Of a DNA stretch of 32,000 nucleotides, positions 17,262 through 25,357 are shown piece by piece. A program made the position numbers and the translations under genes. The notes under the pieces are model-generated. The model had not been told where the DNA came from, made no database searches, and saw only the letters and a list, made by a program, of their open reading frames with translations. Each line of letters starts with the position of its first letter. Within the stretch, counting starts at the first letter, position 1. Origin of the DNA: Candidatus Saccharimonadota bacterium (GTDB lineage: Archaea; Micrarchaeota; Micrarchaeia; Micrarchaeales; Micrarchaeaceae); contig NZ_CP019964.1 in NCBI RefSeq assembly GCF_002214165.1, forward strand, positions 90,001 to 122,000, in the 5' to 3' direction.

Positions 17262-17346
17262 TGCAGGGAGTGAGATTTGAACTCACGAACCCCTACGGGA
17301 CCAGGCCCTGAACCTGGCACATTTGGCCAGACTTTGTTATCCCTGC
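17262..17346 (-). tRNA. tRNA-Leu (anticodon CAG), class II, no intron, no encoded CCA
   Basis: Folded by hand on the minus strand. Acceptor GCAGGGA/TCCCTGC plus discriminator A, and a 3-bp D stem ACA/TGT with a long loop. Anticodon stem CCAGG/CCTGG with loop TTCAGGG. Long variable arm CCC-GTA-GGG, and T arm GTGAG-TTCAAAT-CTCAC. Confidence 0.9.
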
Positions 17347-17477
17347 AAAATTCTCAAGAAGTCTATAAGTAATCTATATTAAATATTAAAATACTTACTG
17401 GTACATGGAATAAAAATAAAATACAAATCCTGCAACAAAGAAAATCCTTGAGTTTACGTTGATGCAAGAAATTTGAT

Positions 17478-17508
17478 TTGACAATCCACGTACTTTAAAA
17501 ATTGTCAA
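17478..17508. repeat. 8-bp perfect inverted repeat TTGACAAT-N15-ATTGTCAA upstream of the surface-protein promoter
   Basis: Read directly from the sequence: 17478-17485 and 17501-17508 are exact reverse complements. Function unknown; it may be an operator. Confidence 0.5.
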
Positions 17509-17525
17509 ATAAAAGTTTATTTACG

Positions 17526-17546
17526 TATTTAAATAGATTTAAATAC
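17526..17546 (+). promoter_or_regulatory. Putative TATA region (duplicated ATTTAAATA) of the surface glycoprotein gene
   Basis: tATTTAAATAg ATTTAAATAc lies 42-62 nt upstream of the ATG at 17588. The SD-like ggtga at 17578-17582 fits a short leader. This is inferred from archaeal promoter geometry only. Confidence 0.4.
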
Positions 17547-17587
17547 TTTTGTTTCATTTACTTGATTAAATATATTTGGTGAATTGA

Positions 17588-20479
17588 ATGAAGCATATAA
17601 ATGCAAAGAGAGTAGCCGCTGTCGCAGTCGGAACAGCGTTGTTAGGAATGGGATTAGCGTTTGCAGTTCCAGTATCCTTCCAAAGTGTGCCTATAGTGAG
17701 TTCAGCAGGGCAGCCAGTTGTGCAGATAGCACTTGGTTACAACGGAACTTACCCAGCAAGCATAACTGATGGAGTAGCAGCAGCAGACATTGCAGCCGCA
17801 ATAGGAAACCTGGCGTACACAACAACCCCAGTGACAGTAAATATAAATGCCTCACAGGCAAGGAGCGTACTGAAGCCAGTCGTAACATCAAGTGCATACA
17901 AGCTTACAGACCAGCAGGTATGGCTTAATGAGTCAAGCTCTGCATACGTAAGCGGAAGTTATTCATTTGGTGCATTGATAGGATCAGTATTCAACAGAGG
18001 AATAAAGCTTAACACACTTTCAGCAACAAAGACAGTAGGAACAGTCGATGCATATCCAACTACATACAACCTTACAGCATCACCTACAGCAAGCCCTTAC
18101 ACAGCAACAGGATTCGTACCTGTATCAACTTCTGTATCAGCATCAACAAATGGAGGTGGAGTGTCATTCTCATCATTCCTTAATGGAACAGATGCGAACA
18201 TAATGAGAGTTACAAGCACAAACCTTCCTTCACTTTTGAGCAATTATGGAGCAAATGGAGAGAACGAGTACCTATGGCTTACAGGATTCCCTGTATATGA
18301 CCAGGCAAACAGCAGCTTTGCACTTGTAAATGCAGGAGGTGCATACCAGATAAACTTCAACAAGCCTATACCTGCGTACACATCAAGCAATTCAATAAAC
18401 CATGCATCAATTATGTTCTTGGGAAAGAACTGGACAATAGCAAACTACACACTCCCTTCAGGAACTGTATCCTCAAGCACATACACAACAGGAGGAAAGC
18501 TTGAACTGGCATCTGCAGTATCACCTATAACGACACTGTACCTTGACCACTTCTTGAATTCAACACCTTTTGGAGTAGAACTATCAGGATTTACAGAACC
18601 TAACAGCTCAGGAATATCACAGCCTATTTACCATGTATTCTACAATGGAACACTGGTAAACTCAACAACAATAAAGATAGGAACAACAAAGCTGTTCAAC
18701 GTAAGCGGCCACAAGATATATGTGTATGTAAAGAGTGCAGCAGCTGACGTTTTCGAAAGCGCAAGCTATGCAAAGACACAGCTTTACACAAACGTATACA
18801 ACATAACTGATGGTGCACAATTGAACAAGACAAGCGCTCCTGGATGGTACACAGACATATTGTGGACAAATTCATCAACTAGCGGAACTCCTAATGAGCT
18901 TGAAGGAATAGTTGCATACAATTCAACACCTACAACATTGTACCCAGGCCAGTCATTCTCATTCATATCCGACCCTGCAATATGGAAGCTGGATTTTGAA
19001 GGGTCCTCATTGGCATCTGGAGACTATGACCATGTAACATCAACATTGACATCTGTGTCAAACATAAAGTACAGCAACAAGGGGGCTGCTGCTCTGGAAA
19101 CAAACATAACAGAGCCTGGACAGGAATTGTCAGTATCGAGCTCAATATCAAACGCATTCAGCTTTGATGGCCAGATCAACAGCACAGTAAACTACCTGTT
19201 GACACCATATGAGTTGAACGACACGGCCCACACAGCACCTGCAAACACAGCAGCAGAGGTTTCAATTTCAAGCCCTGGAAACTACATCTCAGCAACAAAT
19301 CCATTGAGCGTAGTGCTTACAGGATACCTTAGCTCAAGTGCAGTATCTCCAACATCCGCTTCAGTAACTTTCAATTCAGTTAGCGGAAATGTGATAGCGC
19401 CATTGGACTTCTATAACCTTACAAGCATAGAGCCACAGAGAGCAATACCTGGAATGGAAATAACTGCGATGGCAGGAAGCAACACAATAGGTGTATTGGC
19501 TCCAATCCCAACAGCACAAATATTGCTGACACCAGTTTCCGGAAGCTCAGTATATGGACTTGGATCTGCAGGAAGTGTCACATACAGCCAGCAGAACGGC
19601 CAGCCAACAACAACCTTTGCATTGAGCGGATCGCAGGACAGCAACACAATGCATGGCACACAGACAGCATACTACACATACACAATGAACGAGTATGATG
19701 TCCCAAGCAGCACAAACTACAATGACAGCTTGTCATATGCAATACTGAACTCGTCTGCAGGCGCAGATGCAACACCTCTGTTCCAGCTGAATTATTCATC
19801 ATCTGCAACAGGGTACTCACACAACAACATGACCTATCTGTCTTCACAGAAAAACAGTGTAAAAGCACCTGCCGGATTTGTGACTGAAAGAGGGTCAAAG
19901 GTTGCATCAATCGCTCCAGAGAGTGCAGTGGTAGACATGGCAACATCTGTAGGAGAGCTTAACTTCTATGTAGCACCTACAAACGTAACAGCAGTGGTAA
20001 GCCATGCAAAGACCTATGGACCATACTCAATAGGGGAAGCAACAAACATACCTAACGTAACAATAGCAAACGTCAGCGCAAAGATATCCGTGAGCAATGC
20101 AAACTACACAATATCAGGAATAAGCAACCTGAGCTCTGCAGTAACAACAACACCATCAGTAGCAGATGTGCCTACAAACATAGAGAACATGACAATGCCT
20201 GGAAGCCCATCAGGATTGGTGATATTGGATACACAGGCTGCACCTACAAGCTCCTTGATACTGGTAGGAAGCGGATATGTAAACACATTGAGTGCACAGT
20301 TGCAGAAGGCTTACAACATAAGCGTAACTCCAACAAGCGCACCTATAGTGAAGGCATACCCAAGCTCTGCAACAGTGGGAGGACCTAGGATATTGGTAGC
20401 TGGATACAATGCAAGCCAGACAATGTCTGCAGCAAAGACCTTCATAGAAGATCTTTACGCAAATGCAGCAAAGTCCTGA
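17588..20479 (+). CDS. Major surface (S-layer-like) glycoprotein
   Basis: 963 aa with an N-terminal signal/anchor (VAAVAVGTALLGMGLAFAVP). Composition is S/T/N/A/G-rich and Cys-free, with few charged residues. I counted about 33 N-x-S/T sequons by hand. There is a strong AT-rich promoter region and a T-tract terminator. I recognise no catalytic motifs. Confidence 0.75.
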   Translation: MKHINAKRVAAVAVGTALLGMGLAFAVPVSFQSVPIVSSAGQPVVQIALGYNGTYPASITDGVAAADIAAAIGNLAYTTTPVTVNINASQARSVLKPVVTSSAYKLTDQQVWLNESSSAYVSGSYSFGALIGSVFNRGIKLNTLSATKTVGTVDAYPTTYNLTASPTASPYTATGFVPVSTSVSASTNGGGVSFSSFLNGTDANIMRVTSTNLPSLLSNYGANGENEYLWLTGFPVYDQANSSFALVNAGGAYQINFNKPIPAYTSSNSINHASIMFLGKNWTIANYTLPSGTVSSSTYTTGGKLELASAVSPITTLYLDHFLNSTPFGVELSGFTEPNSSGISQPIYHVFYNGTLVNSTTIKIGTTKLFNVSGHKIYVYVKSAAADVFESASYAKTQLYTNVYNITDGAQLNKTSAPGWYTDILWTNSSTSGTPNELEGIVAYNSTPTTLYPGQSFSFISDPAIWKLDFEGSSLASGDYDHVTSTLTSVSNIKYSNKGAAALETNITEPGQELSVSSSISNAFSFDGQINSTVNYLLTPYELNDTAHTAPANTAAEVSISSPGNYISATNPLSVVLTGYLSSSAVSPTSASVTFNSVSGNVIAPLDFYNLTSIEPQRAIPGMEITAMAGSNTIGVLAPIPTAQILLTPVSGSSVYGLGSAGSVTYSQQNGQPTTTFALSGSQDSNTMHGTQTAYYTYTMNEYDVPSSTNYNDSLSYAILNSSAGADATPLFQLNYSSSATGYSHNNMTYLSSQKNSVKAPAGFVTERGSKVASIAPESAVVDMATSVGELNFYVAPTNVTAVVSHAKTYGPYSIGEATNIPNVTIANVSAKISVSNANYTISGISNLSSAVTTTPSVADVPTNIENMTMPGSPSGLVILDTQAAPTSSLILVGSGYVNTLSAQLQKAYNISVTPTSAPIVKAYPSSATVGGPRILVAGYNASQTMSAAKTFIEDLYANAAKS

Positions 20480-20492
20480 TTTGTTTCAGGGC

Positions 20493-20509
20493 TTCTTTTT
20501 TTCTTTTTT
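20493..20509 (+). terminator. Oligo-T transcription terminator
   Basis: ttcTTTTTTTcTTTTTT lies 14 nt after the stop codon. Archaeal RNAP terminates at T-tracts. Confidence 0.5.
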
Positions 20510-20650
20510 AACTTTTCCTAATTTCTCTTTCTGGTTTTTATAAATTCTCAACTTATTGAAATGAAGCTAATTCTCGATGCTTCTTAACGTTATCCCTAAT
20601 TAAATCGTCAAATTAACGCTAATTATTTTAAACTATACTGTGTAATATTA

Positions 20651-21583
20651 ATGATGGAAGCAGTAGATGTAAAGGATATATACCAGAAGATAGAGACTGA
20701 GATAAAGAAGCGCATAGCAGGTAAGCTGGACGTCGTAAAGCTGATGTTTGTCGCTATGATAGCCAATGGCCACATAATGCTTGAAGGAGCTCCAGGAGTC
20801 GCTAAGACTACGATGACAAAGACTTTGGCCGAAACCGTTCAGGCGAGCTTCGGAAGGATACAGGGTACTCCAGACCTTTCTTTCAAGGACATAGTCGGAT
20901 ACACTTATATGGACGACAAGAACAACGTGCAGCTTAAGAAAGGCCCTATATTCAACAATATACTGCTTATAGATGAGCTTAACAGGGCGCCCCCAAGGAC
21001 AACTACCGCCCTTTTGGAATCGTTGGAAGAAAGGCAGGTAACTATGGGAGACTCGACAATGCCTTTGCCGAAACCATTCATCGCAATGGCAACGCAGAAC
21101 CCTTTGAACATAGAAGGAACTACCTCCCTTCCTAAAGTGCTTACGGACAGGTTCCTCATGAGAGTTGCGGTAGACTACCCAAGCATGGAGGAAGAGCAGC
21201 AGATGCTGAGGATAAAGGAGAGCGAAGAGCACACGACAGTAAACAAGGTTATATCCGTTGATGATATACTGAGCATGCAGCAGCTTGTCAAATCCGTGTC
21301 AATGCCCGAAAAGATAATAAAATACATAACAGAGATAGTCGATGCGACAAGGACCGATATGCATGTAGTTATGGGCGGAAGCCCAAGAGCTGAGATCAGC
21401 TTCATGCAGTGCGGCAAAGCGCTGGCATTGGTGGAAGGAAGGAATGAGATAACTATAGATGACATCAAATACTTGGCCAAGCCAGTCCTAAGCCACAGGA
21501 TTGCAGTAAGGGCGACAGGCGCTATAGGAGTCAACGGAATAATAGACGGTATAATAGCAAATATACCAACCGATGATCTTTGA
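20651..21583 (+). CDS. MoxR-family AAA+ ATPase
   Basis: Walker A GAPGVAKTT, Walker B LLIDELNRAPP, and the MoxR-typical TTALLESLEERQVT and ATQNPLNIEGTTSLPKVLTDRF. At 310 aa the length is typical. Confidence 0.9.
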   Translation: MMEAVDVKDIYQKIETEIKKRIAGKLDVVKLMFVAMIANGHIMLEGAPGVAKTTMTKTLAETVQASFGRIQGTPDLSFKDIVGYTYMDDKNNVQLKKGPIFNNILLIDELNRAPPRTTTALLESLEERQVTMGDSTMPLPKPFIAMATQNPLNIEGTTSLPKVLTDRFLMRVAVDYPSMEEEQQMLRIKESEEHTTVNKVISVDDILSMQQLVKSVSMPEKIIKYITEIVDATRTDMHVVMGGSPRAEISFMQCGKALALVEGRNEITIDDIKYLAKPVLSHRIAVRATGAIGVNGIIDGIIANIPTDDL

Positions 21584-21591
21584 GTGAGAAC

Positions 21592-22092
21592 ATGCACGAT
21601 AATAAAAAAGTTAAAGCGCAATCCGCAATGGAATACCTTATGACCTATGGATGGGCGATATTGGTGATTGCCCTTATACTTGGAGTGCTATATGCACTAG
21701 GGGTCTTCAGCCCGTCATCTCTTGCGCACAACGAGTGCATATTCCCCGCAGGATACAGCTGCCTTAGCACCAACCTCCACCAGAGTGGAAATTTCACGCT
21801 AAACCTTCAACAGGTGACAAGCTCACCTATTAATGTCACAGGGGTCGGATGTGCGACCAACGTTTCAACCGCTTACATAGTGAGGCTGCCACATCAAATA
21901 ACGATTGGGATTGGGGACAATTATACGTTCAGGTCCAATTCAAGCTTCCCTCTTCACTGCGTTGATAATGGAACTGTGTTTGCAAGGCCGATAGGAAGCA
22001 TATTCAATGGCTATGTGATAGTAAACTACACCAATTTGCAGACAGGATTCCCAGGAATAGTCACGGCAACGCTGGTCCAGAAGGTTGATTGA
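21592..22092 (+). CDS. Class III signal peptide (archaeal type IV pilin-like) protein
   Basis: MHDNKKVKA/QSAMEYLMTYGWAILVIALILGVLYALGVF has a basic leader, a prepilin-peptidase-type site with Gln at +1, Glu at about +5 and a hydrophobic helix. The mature part carries sequons and 5 Cys. The ATG at 21592 is preferred over the track's TTG at 21580. Confidence 0.75.
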   Translation: MHDNKKVKAQSAMEYLMTYGWAILVIALILGVLYALGVFSPSSLAHNECIFPAGYSCLSTNLHQSGNFTLNLQQVTSSPINVTGVGCATNVSTAYIVRLPHQITIGIGDNYTFRSNSSFPLHCVDNGTVFARPIGSIFNGYVIVNYTNLQTGFPGIVTATLVQKVD

Positions 22093-22147
22093 ATCCAGTC
22101 TATACAAATAGAATAAATAAATTTGCTAAAAAATATGTATGATCTTT

Positions 22148-23449
22148 ATGCTGACTACTAGATATGTAAGAGACCATCTCGATGAGATAAAAGAATCTCT
22201 GAAGAGGCGCAGGAGCGATTACCCCATCGAAGAGCTTGTGAAGCTCGATTCCGAGTGGAGGGAAAAGTCCACAAGCCTTCAGGAGCTCCAGGCGAAGAGG
22301 AACAAGGAAAGCCTCAAGATAGCGGAGCTGAAGAAGAAAGGGGAAGATGCATCCGAAATGATCAGCCAGATGTCCGGGCTGAAGGACGAGATAGCAAATT
22401 TGGAGAAAGAGCTTCCGGAGAAGGAAAGCAGGATAAAGTACCTTCTGTGGAATATGCCAAATGTCCTTGACAAGTCCGTCCCTTATGGAAAGGATGATAG
22501 CGAAAACGTGGAGATAAGGAAATGGGGAGAGATAAGAAGAAAAACCTCGAAAAGCCATGAGGATATACTTAACGGCTTAGGGCTTCTTGATATAGAGCGT
22601 GCGGCAAAGGTCTCGGGATCCAGATTCTATTACTTAAAAAATGAACTCGTCCTGCTTGAACAATCTCTTATAAGGTTTGCACTGGACGAGCTTGTGAAAA
22701 AAGGATTCACAATAATATCCCCTCCTTTCATGATTAAAAGGGATTACTACACGGGCGTGACGGCGCTCGGAGACTTTGAGGATGCACTGTACAAGATAGC
22801 CGACCCAAGGGAAGCAAGCGATGACAAGAGCCTTGAAAGGATTACCGAAGAAATGTTCTTGATATCCACGTCCGAACACCCAATAGCATCGATGCACGCT
22901 GGCGAGGTGTTCTCCTCCAAGGAGCTCCCCTTGAAATACGCAGGGATAAGCCCGTGCTTCAGAAGGGAGGCGGGATCGCATGGAAAGGACACAAAAGGTA
23001 TATTCAGGGTGCACCAGTTCTACAAGGTTGAGCAGTTCATATTCTCCAGGGAAGAGGATTCCTGGAAACATTATGATGAGCTGCTTGGCAATTCCGAGAG
23101 CCTATACCAGAAGCTGGGCATACCATACCATGTTGTAGACATATGCACAGGGGATATAGGGACGGTAGCAGCGAAGAAGAATGACATAGAGGCATATATG
23201 CCAAGCCAGGGAAAGTACAGGGAAGTCGTATCGTGCTCCAACTGCACAGATTGGCAGAGCTTAAGGCTTGATATCAAGTATGATGAAGGCGGAGAGAGGA
23301 AATATGTGCATACACTGAATTCTACCGCGATTGCAACGACAAGGACGCTTGTTGCAATAATAGAAAACTACTCCAATGACGATGGAAGCATAACAATACC
23401 CGATGTATTAGTCCCATATTTTGGAAAGGATAGGATAGCAAAGCATTAG
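22148..23449 (+). CDS. serS: Serine--tRNA ligase (type 1)
   Basis: N-terminal coiled-coil arm (RYVRDHLDEIKESLKRR...). Class II motifs include FRREAGSHGKDTKGIFRVHQF and NSTAIATTRTLVAIIENY. The start is either the ATG at 22148 (MLTTRY) or at 22139. Confidence 0.95.
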   Translation: MLTTRYVRDHLDEIKESLKRRRSDYPIEELVKLDSEWREKSTSLQELQAKRNKESLKIAELKKKGEDASEMISQMSGLKDEIANLEKELPEKESRIKYLLWNMPNVLDKSVPYGKDDSENVEIRKWGEIRRKTSKSHEDILNGLGLLDIERAAKVSGSRFYYLKNELVLLEQSLIRFALDELVKKGFTIISPPFMIKRDYYTGVTALGDFEDALYKIADPREASDDKSLERITEEMFLISTSEHPIASMHAGEVFSSKELPLKYAGISPCFRREAGSHGKDTKGIFRVHQFYKVEQFIFSREEDSWKHYDELLGNSESLYQKLGIPYHVVDICTGDIGTVAAKKNDIEAYMPSQGKYREVVSCSNCTDWQSLRLDIKYDEGGERKYVHTLNSTAIATTRTLVAIIENYSNDDGSITIPDVLVPYFGKDRIAKH

Positions 23450-23531
23450 CACATATTTAAATATCTAGTTTTAGAGAATAATACTGCTATTCTTTATTTT
23501 TATTTTAATTCCATTACAAAAAGTGATTTTT

Positions 23532-24731
23532 ATGAAAGATGCATATGATTTAAAAAAGGAGCTTAAAATACTAAAGTCAATAAGAGGATCGGGAACAGAA
23601 TTGATATCTATTTACGTTCCTCCTGGCTTCCCTATATCTGATGAGGTAGCAAGGCTGCGATCGGAATACGGTCAAGCATCAAACATAAAATCGAAGACAA
23701 CAAGGCTGAACGTGCAGAATGCGATTGAGAGGATAATACAGTACCTTAAAGTTTACAGAGAAGTGCCCCAAAATGGCCTTGCGGTGTTCTGTGGAAACGT
23801 GTCAAATGTGCAATCAAAGACTGATATCGAACTTTACTCTATGAATGTGCCGCAGCCTCTAAAGTCAAACATATACCGATGTGATTCGACATTCCTTCTT
23901 GAACCCATAGAGGCAATGGCAGAATCGACCGACAATTATGCACTTTTGGTAATGGATGGCAGGGAGGCCACATTGGCTATCCTAAAGGGAACCGAGATAG
24001 TAATAGACAAGAACATAAAGTCGTTTGCACATCAGAAAGTGCACAAGGGAGGGCAATCCGCGGCAAGGTATGATAGAGCCATAGGGGAAAGCATAGACGA
24101 TTACTATAAATCAATCGCAGATGCGGTTAATGACCTGTTCCTCAAATGGAACTTCAAGCTAAAAGGATTGGTGGTCGGAGGGCCAGGGCCATCAAAGGAG
24201 AATTTTGTCAAGGCAAAGAATCTCAATTACCAAATAAAAGTGCTCGGGGTGTTCGACACAGGATACACGGATGAAACCGTCGGGCTCAACGAGCTATTGG
24301 AGAAAGCAAAGAGCCTGCTCTCTCAGCAACAAGCGATAATCGAGAGGACCACAATGGAAAAATTCCTCAATGAAGTATCCCATAATGGCCTTGCAGTCTA
24401 TGGTTATCAAAAGGTAAAGGATGCCCTTTTCAGGTCAAATGTGTCCAAGCTTCTTATAAGTGAGGATGCAGAGCTGTATAATGTAAGCTACAAATGCAGC
24501 AACTGCGGGGTTGAATTCACCAAGCTTGAGAAAGGCAATCAGAGAGAAACACAGCACGAGTGTGGCGGCGCGTTGAGTGTGACCAACGAAAAGGATGCGA
24601 TAGAAGAACTGATAGATATAGCGGACAAGAATGGGATAGAGACATTGTTTATATCTTCAGACAGCCAATATGGAAAAGAGCTGCTGCTTGGTTTCGATGG
24701 CGTTGGTGCATTGCTGAAATACCGTAATTGA
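23532..24731 (+). CDS. prf1: Peptide chain release factor aRF1
   Basis: NIKS motif (ASNIKSKTTR), YxCxxxF (YRCDSTF) and GGQ (HKGGQSAARY). The ATG at 23532 is preferred over the track's GTG at 23523. Confidence 0.95.
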   Translation: MKDAYDLKKELKILKSIRGSGTELISIYVPPGFPISDEVARLRSEYGQASNIKSKTTRLNVQNAIERIIQYLKVYREVPQNGLAVFCGNVSNVQSKTDIELYSMNVPQPLKSNIYRCDSTFLLEPIEAMAESTDNYALLVMDGREATLAILKGTEIVIDKNIKSFAHQKVHKGGQSAARYDRAIGESIDDYYKSIADAVNDLFLKWNFKLKGLVVGGPGPSKENFVKAKNLNYQIKVLGVFDTGYTDETVGLNELLEKAKSLLSQQQAIIERTTMEKFLNEVSHNGLAVYGYQKVKDALFRSNVSKLLISEDAELYNVSYKCSNCGVEFTKLEKGNQRETQHECGGALSVTNEKDAIEELIDIADKNGIETLFISSDSQYGKELLLGFDGVGALLKYRN

Positions 24732-24748
24732 AAAACCGTAATTGAAAA
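24721..24748 (+). repeat. Perfect 14-bp tandem duplication (accgtaattgaaaa x2) spanning the prf1 stop codon
   Basis: 24721-24734 and 24735-24748 are identical. The prf1 TGA (24729-24731) lies in copy 1. Confidence 0.9.
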
Positions 24749-24785
24749 AATAGAAACCACAGTTAAACCCAATTGGTTAAAGGAT

Positions 24786-25331
24786 TCAATTCAAATCCGA
24801 TAACTCATAGGCTATCCCGCAGTTCTCAATAAAAGCAGGCGTCCCATAATAACTTATCCTCTTGCCTGAAACAATAGTCTTGTTTATCGGGCCCTCATTT
24901 ATCATTATCGTTGGAGAGGAATTGCTATATGACAGGCATTTAGATATGCTGGCATTCGAATAATTTTCCACATTCACAAGACCTTTGGAATAAATGCATG
25001 ACGTATTGTTCATTATGAATAGGTTGATATCGGAGGGTGACTTGTGTATTGTCTTATTCTCTATTATCACTTCTATAAGCGAATCAGCGCAGCCCAAAGT
25101 ATTAACAAAAGAGCTTGAATTAGTTGCGTTTACATAGATATTCAAATTTGGGGAGGACTTATAATATGATTCAAAGGCTGCCAAATTGTTTGACTGCGCG
25201 CCTGTATGTAGGGATATTATTGCGATGCTGATTATTATAGCAGCAACAACAATTATCACAGATCCTAAAATAGCTTTGTTTGAAGATGTAAAATTGTTGC
25301 CTCCTTTGTCTAGTTTATCATCAATAGCCAA
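24786..25331 (-). CDS. Type II membrane-anchored 4-Cys extracellular protein (paralog of the C-terminal domain of the upstream gene)
   Basis: 181 aa with a short cytoplasmic N-terminus, one TM (AILGSVIIVVAAIIISIAIISL), and an external domain of about 140 aa with sequons and 4 Cys. It lies 26 nt downstream of the 687-aa gene on the same strand. Confidence 0.55.
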   Translation of the reverse strand: MAIDDKLDKGGNNFTSSNKAILGSVIIVVAAIIISIAIISLHTGAQSNNLAAFESYYKSSPNLNIYVNATNSSSFVNTLGCADSLIEVIIENKTIHKSPSDINLFIMNNTSCIYSKGLVNVENYSNASISKCLSYSNSSPTIMINEGPINKTIVSGKRISYYGTPAFIENCGIAYELSDLN

Positions 25332-25357
25332 AATATATCACCATGTCAAATAAAATT

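Noticed and set aside
17262-17346. tRNA-Leu as an integration site of a provirus or integrative element
   Set aside because: No integrase gene is present. I could not spot a duplicated tRNA 3' segment (att repeat) nearby, and the flanking genes look chromosomal.
17691-20286. Several 60-122-aa minus-strand ORFs inside the surface glycoprotein gene
   Set aside because: These are antisense shadows of a long, compositionally biased gene (Cys/Leu/His-rich translations). There is no independent support for them.
20648-21621. Minus-strand ORFs 20648-21232, 20905-21159 and 21175-21621 opposite moxR
   Set aside because: The MoxR frame has Walker A/B and family motifs throughout. The antisense ORFs have no motifs and show biased composition.
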